A program made the position numbers and the translations under genes. Below the pieces are notes generated by a model. The model was not told the origin of the DNA. It searched no databases and saw nothing but the letters and a program-made list of their open reading frames with translations. Below are positions 1-12,720 of a stretch of 64,000 nucleotides of DNA, piece by piece (within the stretch, counting starts at the first letter, position 1; each line of letters opens with the position of its first letter). The DNA is from Eledone cirrhosa (taxonomy: Eukaryota), in contig OZ024743.1 of the NCBI GenBank assembly GCA_964016885.1, positions 260,958,001 to 261,022,000 on the forward strand, given 5' to 3'.

Positions 1-92
1 ACAAATTTTCCGTTTCAAATTTTCATTAATCGATCAAGAAAATTGTTCTGTCCCGGGTCATAGAAAAGTAACTCGCGTGTTTGAGATCCCTG
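1..92 (+). mobile_element. 3' end of a non-autonomous hAT (Charlie-like) MITE, same family as 24474-24845
   Basis: Shares caa.ttttccgtttcaaatttt and catagaaaagta with the 24474 element; ends in tttgagatccctg, a Charlie-type TIR. Confidence 0.55.
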
Positions 93-105
93 CTGTATAC
101 AAACC

Positions 106-192
106 ACACAAATATTCCACAATCCGAAAAAAATCCAATATCCGAAACACTTCTGGTCCCAAACATTTCTGATTAAAGGATTTTCAACCTAT
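106..192 (+). mobile_element. 3' terminus of a Tigger4/MER46-like TcMar-pogo element
   Basis: aatccgaaaaaaatcc...atccgaaacacttctggtccc.aacattt..gat.aaggat.ttcaacct followed by TA resembles the Tigger4/Zombi terminal sequence (recalled, not aligned). Confidence 0.6.
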
Positions 193-597
193 ACCAGTTA
201 CAGCAGTGTTTAGTTGTTGTTGTTATTTATTTTTTTGTATTGTTTTGTTGTTGCTGTTGTTTTTGTTGGTTTGTTTTTGTTTTTGTTTTTGTTTTTGGTA
301 AAAACCATCATGTATTGTTTGTAAAGATTATGAACGTAGCCGTGGGTTGATAAGAAATACGTCAGATTTATTATACCAATGATAAACCCTTCTTAATCTT
401 TAAGAGTGTGTATAATGTATTATGTATTATTTAACGCCTTTTTGGTTTCGATAGGTTTTTTAATAATTCTGCTGTTTCATAGTATGAAAATGGTGCAGTG
501 TTTAGGGGCTCATGAGTGCTATTATTTCTACCGGGCCCTGGATGTTTTCATTCCCTTCGGTTCTGAGATTTTCAACGTTCAGTATTTTGTTGTTTCG

Positions 598-598
598 C

Positions 599-654
<56 letters not shown>

Positions 655-655
655 G
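598..655. repeat. (TTG)n microsatellite
   Basis: Direct inspection; explains the polyQ/polyL/polyC ORFs. Confidence 0.95.
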
Positions 656-845
656 TTTTTGCTTTTGTTGTATTTTAGGAATTTTTCTGACATTTAATCA
701 AATTAAGGCGTGATAGCCATGGTTCGAGTGCAAGGCATGTTCCGTGTACATCGTGTTTTTGTCACCTTTAAGTAGGTTTTTAATCGATTTTGGAAACGTT
801 TTCTAAATTAGTTTGCTTGCTGTTGAAAAGTAGAGATGTAGCTTG

Positions 846-1540
846 TTGTTATTACTATAATACGTGATATGATATCGTTATTACTATAACACGCGATGTA
901 ATATCGTTATTGCTATAACACGCGATGTAATAGCGTTATTACTGTGACACGCGATGTAATATCGTTATTACTGTAATGTGTGATGTGATATCGTTATTAT
1001 TATGACACTATTGGTGGATTGGCAGTATCGGTAGAGGGTCGGACGCCATGCTTTCCAGCATAGTTACGTCCCTTTACGATCTGAGTTCAAATCCCGCCGA
1101 GGTTGACTTTGCCTTTCATCCTTACGTGGTCGATAAAATAAAGTACCAGTAATACACTGGTAATTGCTGGCCTTGTGCCTAAAGTAGAAACAGTTATTAT
1201 TATGACACTATGTGGTGTCGTTATTACTATAACACGTGATTTAATATTGTTATTGCTATGATATATGATGTGATATTGCTTATTACTATAACACGTGATG
1301 TGATATCGTTATTATTATAACATGTGATGTGATATCGTTATTATTATGGCACTATATGATATGGCTATTACACGTGATGTAATATCGTTATTACTATAAC
1401 ACGTGATGTGATATCGTTGTTATTATAACACGTGATGTGATATCGTTATTATAACACGTGATGTAATATCGTTATTGCCATGATACATGATGTGATATTG
1501 TTATTACTATAACACGTGATGCGATATCGTTATTACTATA
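846..1540. repeat. ~29-bp minisatellite (tatcgttattactataacacgtgatgtga), interrupted by a SINE
   Basis: About 17 degenerate tandem units. Confidence 0.9.
1012..1192 (+). mobile_element. tRNA-derived SINE, family 1, with long TSD
   Basis: A-box-like tggcagtatcgg, B-box gagttcaaatcc, conserved gcctttcatcc...gtcgataaaataaagtaccag body; flanked by gttattattatgacactat at 993-1011 and 1193-1211. Confidence 0.85.
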
Positions 1541-1720
1541 TTGGCAGTGTCGGCAGAGAGTCGGACGCCATGCTTTGCAGCACAGTTACGTCCCTTTACC
1601 GACTGAGTTCAAATCCCGCCGAGGTTAACTTTGCCTTTCATCCTTACGGGGTCGATAAAATAAAGTACCAGTAATGCACTGGGTAATTGCTGGCCTTGTG
1701 CCAAAAGTAGAAACAGTTAT
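1541..1720 (+). mobile_element. tRNA-derived SINE, family 1
   Basis: Near-identical to 1012-1192; flanked by gttattactat. Confidence 0.85.
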
Positions 1721-1779
1721 TACTATTGTTCGTGCTGACTTATTAATATCTCTCCATGTTTTGACAGCTTTCATGTTTT

Positions 1780-1998
1780 GTGGTAGAGTGGCGTCATAGT
1801 GTGGTAGAGTGACGTCATTGTGTGGTAGAGTGACGTTATAGTGTCGTAGAGTGACGTTATAGTGTCGTAGAGTGACGTTATAGTGTGGTAGAGTGACATT
1901 ATAGTGTGGTAGAGTGGTGTCATAGTGTGGTAGAGTGACGTTATAGTGTGGTAGAGTGACGTTATAGTGTGGTAAAGGCGCGTCATAGTGTGGTAGAG
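1780..1998. repeat. 21-bp minisatellite (gtgtggtagagtgacgttata)
   Basis: About 10 tandem units; explains the TLPHYNV repeat ORF. Confidence 0.92.
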
Positions 1999-2705
1999 TC
2001 CTGAGTCTGTTGGAGAGCAACAATTGCTGTACACCTGTACTTATATCTGGTCGTCTATATTCAAGCAGTGTTTGAAGCTAATGAGGAATTTATTCACATT
2101 GTATTTACTCGTCTGCTATGAGTTCTGCTTTCATTATTCTCTATTTTATACATGGCGTACTTACATGTTAATATATTGGCTGTTTGGGGGCTTGGTTTGG
2201 TTTTTTTTTGTTACTTCTAAGGTTAGTTGAGGAAGGTGACTCGAAAATAAAGAGGTATTCAGGATGTTTCCATGTTTTTGATTCAAGTTATATAAATAAA
2301 AGTTGTGTTAACATGCCTCCACATTCGAATTGTCTGTCTTTCTCCTTTTATTTACATGTAGTCTACATTATCCAGTGAAGCCGTGCCTTTTTTCAAAGGC
2401 AATAGGGTGTCATTTAAAGATTTAGCTATTGGCTATTATGTTTACCAGGTGCAGCGACCACGTTGCAGCTCCTTCGTCAGTTCGAGACAGAGAGAGAGTT
2501 GGTTCTTTCGTTATCTCGTTGGTTCGTTGGTGTTAATAGTGATTCGTTGATTGATAGATTGATAGATTGATTGATAGAATATAGATTATAGATATGGTGC
2601 AACCAGTGGAGCTTGGTGTTGTGTCATTTGCAATAGGGCAACACCATTTATTCCATCTCATTCGATAATAGCACAATTCCGTAATAGATCCACAAACACA
2701 TGCAT

Positions 2706-2786
2706 TATATATATATATATAATTTCCATGTCTTCGCCCATATTTTTTATTCATTGATATATACATATATATATATACATACATGC

Positions 2787-2842
<56 letters not shown>

Positions 2843-2854
2843 ATATATATATAC

Positions 2855-2941
<87 letters not shown>
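2706..2941. repeat. (TA)n microsatellite
   Basis: Direct inspection; one of dozens of (TA)n/(CA)n tracts in the window. Confidence 0.95.
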
Positions 2942-2945
<4 letters not shown>

Positions 2946-3419
2946 GAGAAGATTAATATGTCGTTAACTGAGATGACGTAATTCTTTAACTTTGTATTTC
3001 TTCTTTTTCTCTCGTCTTCTTTGGCCGTCATTATTTGTCAGCCATGTCTGTGACAGCTAACACATAATTCATGCTAAATACATAAATGAAGTCTTCAAAT
3101 AATCCTTCAATTCTCCTCTCTGGTAAAAGAGGAACCGATTAATTGTGAGACACCGTCGTTTATTATAGTTTCTTCATTTCTTTAATTTGTTTATTTTTGT
3201 TTATTTTTATGTTTGTTTACTTGTTTTTCTTGTTTTGTTTTGTTTTTTGTATTCTTTCCTTGTTTATATATTTTTGTTTGTTTGTTTGTTTTATTTTTTT
3301 GTATCCTTTCCTTCCTTATTATGGTTTTATGCTTTTGCTGGTGTTTTTAGTGTACTTTTTTATTGGTTGTTGTTGTTGTTGTTTCCATTAACTGTCCAGT
3401 CCTGTTTTCGCTTTCCCAA

Positions 3420-3720
3420 CACATCATCATCATCATTGTCATCTGCAGCGCTATCATCCTCGTTGTTATCATCGTCATCATTCTCATCATTATCATCACC
3501 GCCGTCGTTGTTGTCGTCATTATCACCACTTTCATCGTCGTTATCACCACTTTCATCGTCGTTATCACCACTTTCATCGTCGTTATCACCACTATGAATG
3601 TCCTCATCATCAATACTATCATCATCGACATCGTCACCACTAATACCGTGATCATCATCATTATTTTACGTCCATTTTCCATGCTGGTTTCACCACCACC
3701 ATCATCGTCATTATTGCCAT
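3420..3720. repeat. (CAT/CGT)n low-complexity tract with internal 21-bp repeat
   Basis: tcatcgtcgttatcaccactt x3 within CAT-rich sequence. Confidence 0.85.
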
Positions 3721-3784
3721 CGCAGCTGGCTTGGCTAGCAAAGTAGTCAATGGCATGATTGCCACAGAAGCAGATCAATAAACA

Positions 3785-3803
3785 TCAGCGCCATCTGGCG
3801 GCA
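3785..3803 (-). promoter_or_regulatory. Candidate CTCF-binding site
   Basis: Minus strand TGCCGCCAGATGGCGCTGA fits the CCASYAGRKGGCRS core except at one position; lies in non-repetitive sequence. Confidence 0.4.
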
Positions 3804-3966
3804 CAACACTGACACACAAATGATCTTCAGTAATAATCAAACATTCACACACACACCCACCCTATGTATATATCAAGGCAACTTCGGCCTTATAGCCATT
3901 TCCGAGACTCTCACACACACACACTCAGTGACATTCATATACACAGGCACCCACAGACACACACAA

Positions 3967-4004
<38 letters not shown>

Positions 4005-4607
4005 GTGTGTGTATGTGTGTGTGTGTGTGTGTATGTGTGTGTACACAAACCTCATACAAACTCGATTGCAGTCATGAATACGTTTTTTTTCCATTTACAC
4101 ACATGTACCATACGTTTACATAGATACGCACACACACATACGGTCACACACACACACACAGGCATACATACACACGCATATACGATCACAGCACAAACAC
4201 ACATACGCCCACAAGCACACACTCCCACGCATATACACACACGCACGTACACGGGATCATCGGTGTTTGACTTTTGCACACAGTCACAATGTCCGCCATT
4301 AATTTCTCGAGGTTCATCCATGGAGCAATCTCGTCTGCCGTCAATCAGTGTGTGTTTGGTCCAAAATGAAGTATATAATGACCGAAATAGAGAGTAGATC
4401 AGCTGTTGGTGATGATCATCTCCACTGTAAACCTTTCCACCATCTTAAAAATGGGATTCAATAGATTTCAAATGACATATGAAAATATACCTCTCACTTT
4501 ACTTCTTTCTCTTTATCCCCTACTTTCCTCTCTCCCTCAGCGATTCATTTCCTTCCTTCCTCTCATTCAATCTTTATCTCGCCCGCCCCGCCCCCTCTCT
4601 CTCTCTA

Positions 4608-4652
<45 letters not shown>

Positions 4653-4722
4653 ATATATATATATGTATGTATGTATATATATATATAACATATATATATA
4701 TATAATATAATACATATATATA

Positions 4723-4759
<37 letters not shown>

Positions 4760-4760
<1 letters not shown>

Positions 4761-5335
4761 GGGGTAACAAATAATAGTTATATGCAGTCCACTTAGGTGT
4801 AGTCCAGTTATGGTATTCCGGGTAGTGGATGATATCAACGCTTGGCTTGGTTTGACTCAACAAGGCGTTTTCATAGTGATGTTGCGAGTATGCTGTAATT
4901 CCTATGTTGTAAACACTTGGAGTAATAATAAATCAGGAAAGAAGATTGACATGGTTTGCTATACAAAAAAGGTTTTTAATCTCATTGCTGACAATTGTTT
5001 CTCTGAACTGGTAGGTCTAGAGATCGCTATTCGCTTGTTTTCACATTACTCGATCGCCAATACAAAATTATAACCAGTCAGTTCTTCGGAGCATGCGAGA
5101 ATGAAGAGAATATACAGGCATGAAAGGAATATACAGGCTACTATATGAAGTAGTAATGACATTCAGTTAGAACAATAAGAACTGACTGGTTATAATTTTG
5201 TATTGGCGATCGAGTAACGTGAAAACAAGCGAATAGTGATCTCTAGACTTACCAGTTCAGAGAAACAATTGTCAGCAATGAGATTAAAAACCTTTTTTGT
5301 ATAGCAAACCATGTCAATCTTCTTTCCTGATTTAT
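4760..5335. mobile_element. PLE-type non-coding insertion (family A) with ~158-bp inverted repeat, in (TA)n
   Basis: Arms 4928-5086 and 5177-5335; homologous to 60533-60975; (TA)n on both sides. Confidence 0.75.
4987..5092 (-). ncRNA. Type I hammerhead ribozyme with expanded stem II
   Basis: gct-CCGAAGA-actgactggt...accagttcaga-GAAA-caattg-TC-agc. Confidence 0.6.
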
Positions 5336-6145
5336 ATATATATATATATAATAAGGGTTGACGGACCCAGCATATTTATCAATGCGAGTACCGGTTGTAT
5401 CTCAGCGCACTCCATGGGCAATGTAAGATACATTATTAGAGTATGCACAAAGTTATTTGCTTCAACACATGTAAAACGGGTGCCTATAAGGTTCCCGGCC
5501 TCGAGTTTATGCCGCACTAATACAGCAGTAAGGTGCACTGCACCATCTTTCTGCATATATTATGCAACAATGCACAATCGGCTTATGCTGCTTCATCAGC
5601 GGTATCGCCTAATCAATAACCAATCGATCGACAGAATCCTAAGACCAGTTTGTGCCAGCCATGACTGTTTGTGACGACTGACACAGTAAAGCTATTAGCA
5701 ACTGGCACCCGGTAGGACTCTATCTCTCAACTAGCCACTGATTTACAAATTTTACGTGGGGACGGGACGCTAAAAAGAATCAATCTTTTCGTTCCTGTCA
5801 GAAGCACTCAGCCAACGTGTCTCACACACAAATTATCAAGGGGTGAAAAGATGGCCATTAGAATATACATACATATACATACATATATATTTATACAATC
5901 AATTCGTCTATTAACTTTTAACATTTTCTTCACTTCTTTATTGGAAATCGAAAATTATTCGGAATATAATGAATATTATTTTAAAAACGAGATTATATAT
6001 ATATATATATATATACACTCTCTATCTCTCTCTCACACACACACACACAAATATATATACACGCATATATATACATATAAATGTATACACACAAACACAT
6101 ATATACATACACATGTATGTATAGGCATATACATATATATATATC

Positions 6146-6427
6146 TAAAGTCTAAAGTCTGTCTTAAGCCAGAAGGCTCATTTGGTCGGTGCTTATCCCG
6201 GTTTCATGGTGTGAAGCGACTGAGAGTACAAGACTCACCCCTGGACAGGACGCCAGTCCATTGCAGGATTAAACCTCCAGGTATTGCTGGTATTAATTTT
6301 CAGCTGAGTATACTGGAGCAACGTGAAATGGTGTGTTTTGTTCAAGAACACAACACGCAGCCCAGGAATCGAACCCACGACATTATGATCGTAAGTCCAA
6401 CACTTACCACTAAGCCACGTGCCTCCA
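6146..6427 (-). mobile_element. tRNA-derived SINE, family 2 (CORE-like central domain)
   Basis: Minus strand ggaggcacgtggcttagtggt...ggttcgattcc...gtgttcttgaacaaaacac; tail (ctttaga)n. Confidence 0.8.
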
Positions 6428-6980
6428 CATATATATATATATATAGATATATGTTTATATAAACAAATGTATCACGAATATCGAGTTTGAAACGCGAGTG
6501 TATTAGAATAAGTATATATATATATTTCGTTTCTGAATTTGTTTAGCAAGATTCTTTATCTGAAAACGTGTGTTGAAACCGATATTGTTATACTTTGGGA
6601 GGGTCATGATGCCAATAAGAAACACACCCACCAGTTGCTTTCACTCCAATTTATTATAAATTAAATTTATAAATTTAAGAATTTATAAATTTCCGGTTGG
6701 TTGGTTGGTTGGTTCCACAACCGGACGGTTGTTCATATATTCTCAATGTTCTTTCGTCACACATTCTGTGACCTCTTCAGTGACTGGGGATTCTACTCTT
6801 TGTTTTGTGCCTCTCCTTTGTTCTGTCCTACGCCATTTTGTTTGTGTGTGTGTTGTGTGCTTAGTTTGCGCATATGTTACATCCGGGTGTCAGTGTGTGT
6901 TTTTATTTGTTTATTTATTTGTTTATTTACATGTTACTGGTTGGTTGTTTGTTCTATGTGTGTGTGTTTTCATTTTGTCC

Positions 6981-7565
6981 TTAATTGCATACAATCTCTC
7001 CATTACGTGAGCGCTGCATGAGCTTACGCAAGCCATTTGCAGATTTTTCTCCCAGTTGCTGGGCCTCCATTCTACTTTGCTTCTTGCTATACTGTTCTAT
7101 AATATTTCTAAATTTCGATCTAGATATACCAAATTGTGCTTCTGTTTGTTCATCGACCTGCGACGGCAATAGCGTGCGTTTGTTAAAAGCTAAAGTCGTG
7201 GCGTGGACTCGTTGTAGATCGAAGGACATATCGGAAGCATTATAAAAAGTAGAATTCCAGGCTGCTGCGTTATGTGTTCTATTGCTATTGTTATTGTTAG
7301 TTGTGTTGTTTCTATTTCTATTTCCACCAACAACCTTATGGTTGTTTCTATGTCTCTCATTATTACTCCTGTCTCTTTCCTCTGGCTCATTGTTATTATC
7401 TACTCTATTTTGTGTGTCTGTGTGTTCGTCCTGGTTATTTTCTCTGTCAGTATCGATAGTCTCCCTTCTTCTTTCAATCCCATTACCTTCCCTTACTTCT
7501 GTGTTACTGTCATTGTCTGTTTTCTGTGTCTGTGTGTCTGTTAAGATTGTGGTGGTGAGAGGCAT
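6981..7565 (-). pseudogene. N-terminal (pre-RT) fragment of a Penelope ORF
   Basis: HATTLAFNKRTLLP and GLRKLMQRSRNGEIVC resemble the segment preceding the PLE xDK motif; truncated at the pLTR junction. Confidence 0.5.
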
Positions 7566-7663
7566 AGGATGTGTGTGTGTTGTTGTTGTTGTTGATGTGT
7601 GTTGTTGTTTTTATTGTTGTTGTCTCTGTGTATGTTGTTATTATTGTTGTATTATGATGTATT

Positions 7664-8158
7664 ATGTTCATCAATACAACCCCTAGATGTGAATTAGCTT
7701 ACAAATTTAGAAGGGCCCTAGATAAACTTAAACTAAATATTAAGATAGTAGAAAAACCAGGTACCTCCATAAAAACACTTATTAGTAATACAGCCCCTTT
7801 TCAAAGACCTCCCTGTATAGATAAGACATGCATAATCTGTAAACTAAGCCCCCATATTAACTGTAAAACTAGAAACATAGTATATAGCATAAGATGTACT
7901 GAAGGACAATGTAGAGATAAGAATATAATGTACATAGGTGAGACAGCTCGTAGTATAGGAGAACGATTAAATGAACACTGGCGAGAGCTTCAAGATAGAA
8001 AAGATTCATCAGTACTCCACCAACATGCTAAAATAAAACATAAGGGTAAATTAGAGAACATAGAAATAAAAATAAAATCTACACACAGAAAAGACGCAAT
8101 GTTTAGACAAATCACAGAGGCAATAAACATAAATGAACTCCAACCAAAATTAAATTGA
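7664..8158 (+). pseudogene. Penelope GIY-YIG endonuclease C-terminal domain (5'-truncated)
   Basis: C..C.IC linker, NCKTRNIVYSIRC, YIGET.R...ERL.EH, HQH...KH, RQITEA..I...P.LN. Confidence 0.9.
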
Positions 8159-8393
8159 AAACATGAATGAAATAGCAACATCACAACTTATAATTAAGGA
8201 CAAAATGAAAACACACACACATAGAACAAACAACCAACCAGTAACATGTAAATAAACAAATAAATAAACAAATAAAAACACACACAGACACCCGGATGTA
8301 ACACATGCGCAAACTAAGCACACAACACATACAAAAACAAGATGGCGTAGGACAGAACAAAGGAGAGGCACAAAACAAAGAGAAGAATCCCCA

Positions 8394-8436
8394 GTCACTG
8401 AAGAGGTCACAGAATGTGTGACGAAAGAACTTTGAC
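8394..8436 (+). ncRNA. Minimal type I hammerhead ribozyme in pLTR
   Basis: gtca-CTGAAGA-g-gtcaca(gaatg)tgtgac-GAAA-gaac-TT-tgac; the mirror copy at 6742-6784 (-) is mutated around the cleavage site. Confidence 0.7.
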
Positions 8437-8584
8437 AATATATGAACAACCGTCCGGTTGTGGAACCAACCAACCAACTGGAAATTTATAAATTCTTAAA
8501 TTTATAAATTTATAATAAATTGGAGTGAAAGCAACTGGTGTGTGTGTTTCTTATTGGCAACATGACCCTCCCAAAGTATAACTA

Positions 8585-8646
<62 letters not shown>

Positions 8647-8649
8647 ATA

Positions 8650-8985
8650 TAAAACGAAAAATCAGTGATGCATCTAGACTCAGTTTATTATGTGTTACAA
8701 TTGTTTCGCCGGCAGAGATAGCTCTAGACAGGATCATTGTATGGATCTGTCTGATTCTAGATCTGCAGATTCTTCGGACACATGCAATACTTTCGGAACA
8801 AACTTTCTCACCGGGGTGTTAGCTTCAAAAAACATCTTCCTCTCTAGTCTTGCTATTGGCTGTTGTTTTTCCACGTCATCATAAATTCTGGTCAATATTT
8901 GCTGCCATACTGTCCATCAGCTACTCTCCGTCCGACACACTTCAATGGACTCATGCTGGGTTTCGTATTTCACAAGTCCGCTCAC
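8650..8985 (-). mobile_element. HHR-bearing repeat, family C (second copy 61150-61490)
   Basis: Colinear similarity over ~330 bp, followed by a degenerate (CA)-rich tract in both copies. Confidence 0.75.
8690..8783 (-). ncRNA. Type I hammerhead ribozyme with ~63-nt stem II
   Basis: atgtgt-CCGAAGA-[long hairpin]-GAAA-caattg-TA-acacat; 6-bp stem I. Confidence 0.6.
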
Positions 8986-9749
8986 ACACACATATATACC
9001 CACACATACACACACACATATATACACACATACACATACACACACACGCGCACACGTACATATATACGCATACACATATGTACACACACATATGTACGAA
9101 TATACACCCGCATACATATACATACACACTCTCTCTCACACACGCACCCACACACGCCCGCGACCATATACGTACCAACATACACGTCCACAGGCGCCTG
9201 CCTATATGGCCTCCAACATTCGCTCTCACACGCACGCACACGCGCACACACACCCACACATACGTACACGCATACAAGGACACATACCAGCGTACGCGTA
9301 CATTTGCTCATATACACAAACACACACACACACACACGCACACGCACTGAATCATATACAATTTAACAAATACGCGCTCAATTACCTCCGTGTCCACGTA
9401 CATCCACAAAGACATATACACGCACACATGTATATATCTCTGTCCGTACCCCAATGTGATATACTCACAGTCATATATACATCTGCACAAAAGGTCATAC
9501 AGGGTCATCCATGGATAGATGCATCCTGTTATACATGCACAAATATAAACCATGTAACCATATACATACATCCATACACTCACATACATGCATACATACA
9601 CACATATAAATAAATAAATAAGTAAATAGAAAAATAAATAAATGTATATATATAGATCCGCGAAGGTGAAACAATTGTTCTCGGTATGGTGAACTAACTG
9701 TTGTGTAACCACTTCTATATATTATACACACACATATACATACACACGT

Positions 9750-10005
9750 GAAGGCGCATGGCTTAGTGGTTAGAGCTTTGGGCTTGCAATCGAAAGGTTG
9801 TGACTTCAATTCTCGGACCGGGTGATGCGTTGTTTCCTTGAGCAAGACATTTTATTTCCCGTTGCTCCAATTTACTCAGCTGTAGGAATGAGTACCAGCC
9901 TGCCCGCTCAGCCAGTGGGATGGCGTTATCTTATGGCTAAAACAGCACAACGTACTGTGACCAGCGGCGCCGATTGGCGCCCGACAGACTGGTCGGTCAA
10001 GGTGA
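9750..10005 (+). mobile_element. tRNA-derived SINE (CORE-like domain)
   Basis: gaaggcgcatggcttagtggttagagc head; gtttccttgagcaagacat...gctccaatttactcagctg core. Confidence 0.75.
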
Positions 10006-10370
10006 TATATACACACATACACGTACATATATACACATATACACACACACATACACACATACATACACATACATATATGCACACACACACATATATATAT
10101 ACACATCTGTACACACCCACTCATACACACCCACATATAAACGTACATACACACACATACCTACACATCTATAAAAAAAAACCTCCAATATACTAAAATA
10201 TGTATCTAACGTCGTACCTTAAAAGATGCATCTTGAATTACACATGCACGGATATAAACATTATAATCATATACATGCATATACATATATATACGTATAT
10301 ATATATATACATAGGTATATATATATACACACACACACACGCATACATGTATGTATATATTTATGTACAT

Positions 10371-10417
<47 letters not shown>

Positions 10418-10428
10418 ACATATGCATA

Positions 10429-10483
<55 letters not shown>

Positions 10484-11086
10484 GAAGCTCTATTGAAACT
10501 TCCTCCCATAACCGATGAATTATTTCTCACAGAGAATCACTGAGCATTTTAAAGAAACTGATACATTGGGGTTTTTTGCTTGTTTTTTGTTGTATTTTTT
10601 CGTTATTTTAGCCTGGTAAGGGAGTTGGAGAGCGGGGGGATTTTTCTCCACTTACCTTCTCTCATCTATCCCCATCCCCCATCCCCCACTCTCAGCAGTT
10701 CTATGGAGTTGTTGACTTTGATTTACTGCTTCGCTATATATATATCCGCCATCATGTATTTCGAATAATTCTCATCAAATTAATGGTATTTTTTGAATGC
10801 TCTATCGCAATTTTTTTCTGCTTCTTTATTTATTTATATCGTTGTTTATTTATCTAGTTATTTATATATTTATTTGTTATTTTTACGGAGTTAAGGAAGT
10901 GTTGAAGTCAGTAGAAGCTGTTTTTCACGATGTATTTCTTTCTAGCCGTATGGCATTGCCACTCTATATTTCTAACAATTGTTATACGGAGGAAATAACT
11001 TATAATTTATTGGTGGTGCATGGTTTGCTGTAATGGAAAGTGCGCATAATTGTTATCTACTTAAAGAAAGCGAGAATGAGAGGGAG

Positions 11087-11173
<87 letters not shown>

Positions 11174-11175
11174 AA
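11087..11175. repeat. (GAAA)n microsatellite
   Basis: Direct inspection. Confidence 0.95.
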
Positions 11176-11599
11176 TTGTGGTCGATCAAATGACGAATCT
11201 TATAATATTGCATAGTTGCAGAACGTCTCTATCTATTCATTGCTTTACTGACTATATGTAAAATATATTTTATATAATCGGAGAAGGAAGAGCGAGGCCA
11301 TTTGTCATGGAACAACACTAAAATGGTTGGTTATATCTGTCTTTAAAATAGAGGTACTTACTTAGTACTTACTTAGCCAAGTTTGCTCGGCAATTCTCAT
11401 ATTGTTGAGTCCCTTCCTGGTACTTTTCCCATGACAAATATACATGAAAGACGCTACGAGATTTGAAAAAAAATTCGAGGTTTCGAGAACATTGAGGAAT
11501 TTGAAAGATATTGTTATGTGTGCAACTTCAAAAACCAGCTAACCACTGTAAAAAAAAACAATCAACCAGCATGTGGACAACTATATAAACCTGCTAACC

Positions 11600-11900
11600 A
11601 CTGCTACAGTACAATAAAGCAACATGTGGGCAACTACAAAAGCCTGCTGAGAACAATGAGGTAACGAAGATCTGCTAACTCTTATAACAAAAAGAAAAGA
11701 GAAAAAATGAGATAATAAAGACACGTGACAACATCTGAGAGATTGACCAAGACCATCCTCCAATGAAGAGTTCACGAGAAAAGAAGACAAAGACGTCTGA
11801 AGAAAAATCATAACATTAAGGAATGAACTGGTAAAAATTTGACAACAGCCCAAGTCCTGGTTCACAGTAGAGATGACTGGAGAGATGTGGTGCACTTCTC
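11600..11900 (+). mobile_element. Highly decayed RTE-clade LINE 3' fragment
   Basis: Translates to HVTTSERLTKTILQ*RVHEKRR...NIKE*TG...RDDWRDVVH, typical of the RTE C-terminus. Confidence 0.55.
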
Positions 11901-12135
11901 CACCCTACAACACTACCACAGCTTTTGAGGGATGCGATACACTGCTCCACTCTGGAAGGAGGTATACACTGTTCCACCCTACAGCGCCACCACAACCCTA
12001 GAAAGAGGTATACACTGTTCCACCCTACAGCGCCACGACAACCCTAGAAGGAGGTATACACTGCTCCACTCTGGTGAAATATGGTACATTGATTGACCCT
12101 ACAGGTAGATGGTACATTTCTCCACTCTGCAGCGC
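11895..12135. repeat. ~48-bp degenerate tandem repeat
   Basis: gaggtatacactgttccaccctacagcgcc.c.acaaccctagaa repeated. Confidence 0.75.
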
Positions 12136-12189
12136 ACTCATGACCCCGGTGGGTCACGGGATAGGTAATGTTAACGGCATCACTATAGA

Positions 12190-12630
12190 GTTTAAAGATC
12201 ACTGGACATTTTGATGGTCACTGGACACTTTGACGGTCAGTGGACACTTTGACGGTCAGTGGACACTTTGAAGGTCAGTGGACACTTTGAAGGTCACTGG
12301 ACAGTATAGCGGTTGGTGGACACTTTGAAGGTGAGTGTACAGTTTAAAGGTCACTAGACAGTTTGAAGATCATTGGACACTTTGAAGGTCAGTGGACAAT
12401 TTAAAGGTCAGTGGGCACTTTGGTGGTCAGTAGACAGTTTGAAGGTCAGTGGACACTTTGATGATCAGTAGACAGTTTGAAGGTCAATGGACACTTTGCT
12501 GGTCAGTAGACAGTTTAAAGGTCAATGGACACTTTGATGGTCAGTAGACAGTTTAAAGGCCAATGGATACTTTGATGGTCAGTAGACAGTTTAAAGGTCA
12601 ATGGACAATTTGATGGTCATTAGACAATTT
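12190..12630. repeat. 19-bp minisatellite (ggtcagtggacactttgaa), with alternating variants
   Basis: About 23 tandem units. Confidence 0.9.
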
Positions 12631-12720
12631 GGCGTCCCTACGACTCCATTAGGAATTAAGAATCGTGAGAGATATATTTACCTATCTCTTTACAATGCTT
12701 GCTATATTTACGATCGATAA

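Larger units (their letters stand above)
6525..8582. mobile_element. Rearranged Penelope-like element with ~395-bp inverted pseudo-LTRs
   Basis: Arms 6587-6986 and 8192-8582 are reverse complements; they enclose a GIY-YIG ORF (+) and a pre-RT ORF piece (-); HHR in each arm; (TA)n flanks. Confidence 0.85.

Noticed and set aside
846-1998. Regularly spaced 21-29-bp repeats resembling a CRISPR array
   Set aside because: Head-to-tail minisatellites without unique spacers, in a eukaryotic context with no cas genes; the same holds for 12190-12630 and 35378-36636
5480-5605. Minus-strand CTGATGA as a hammerhead core
   Set aside because: Could not find a GAAA...UH with a matching stem I
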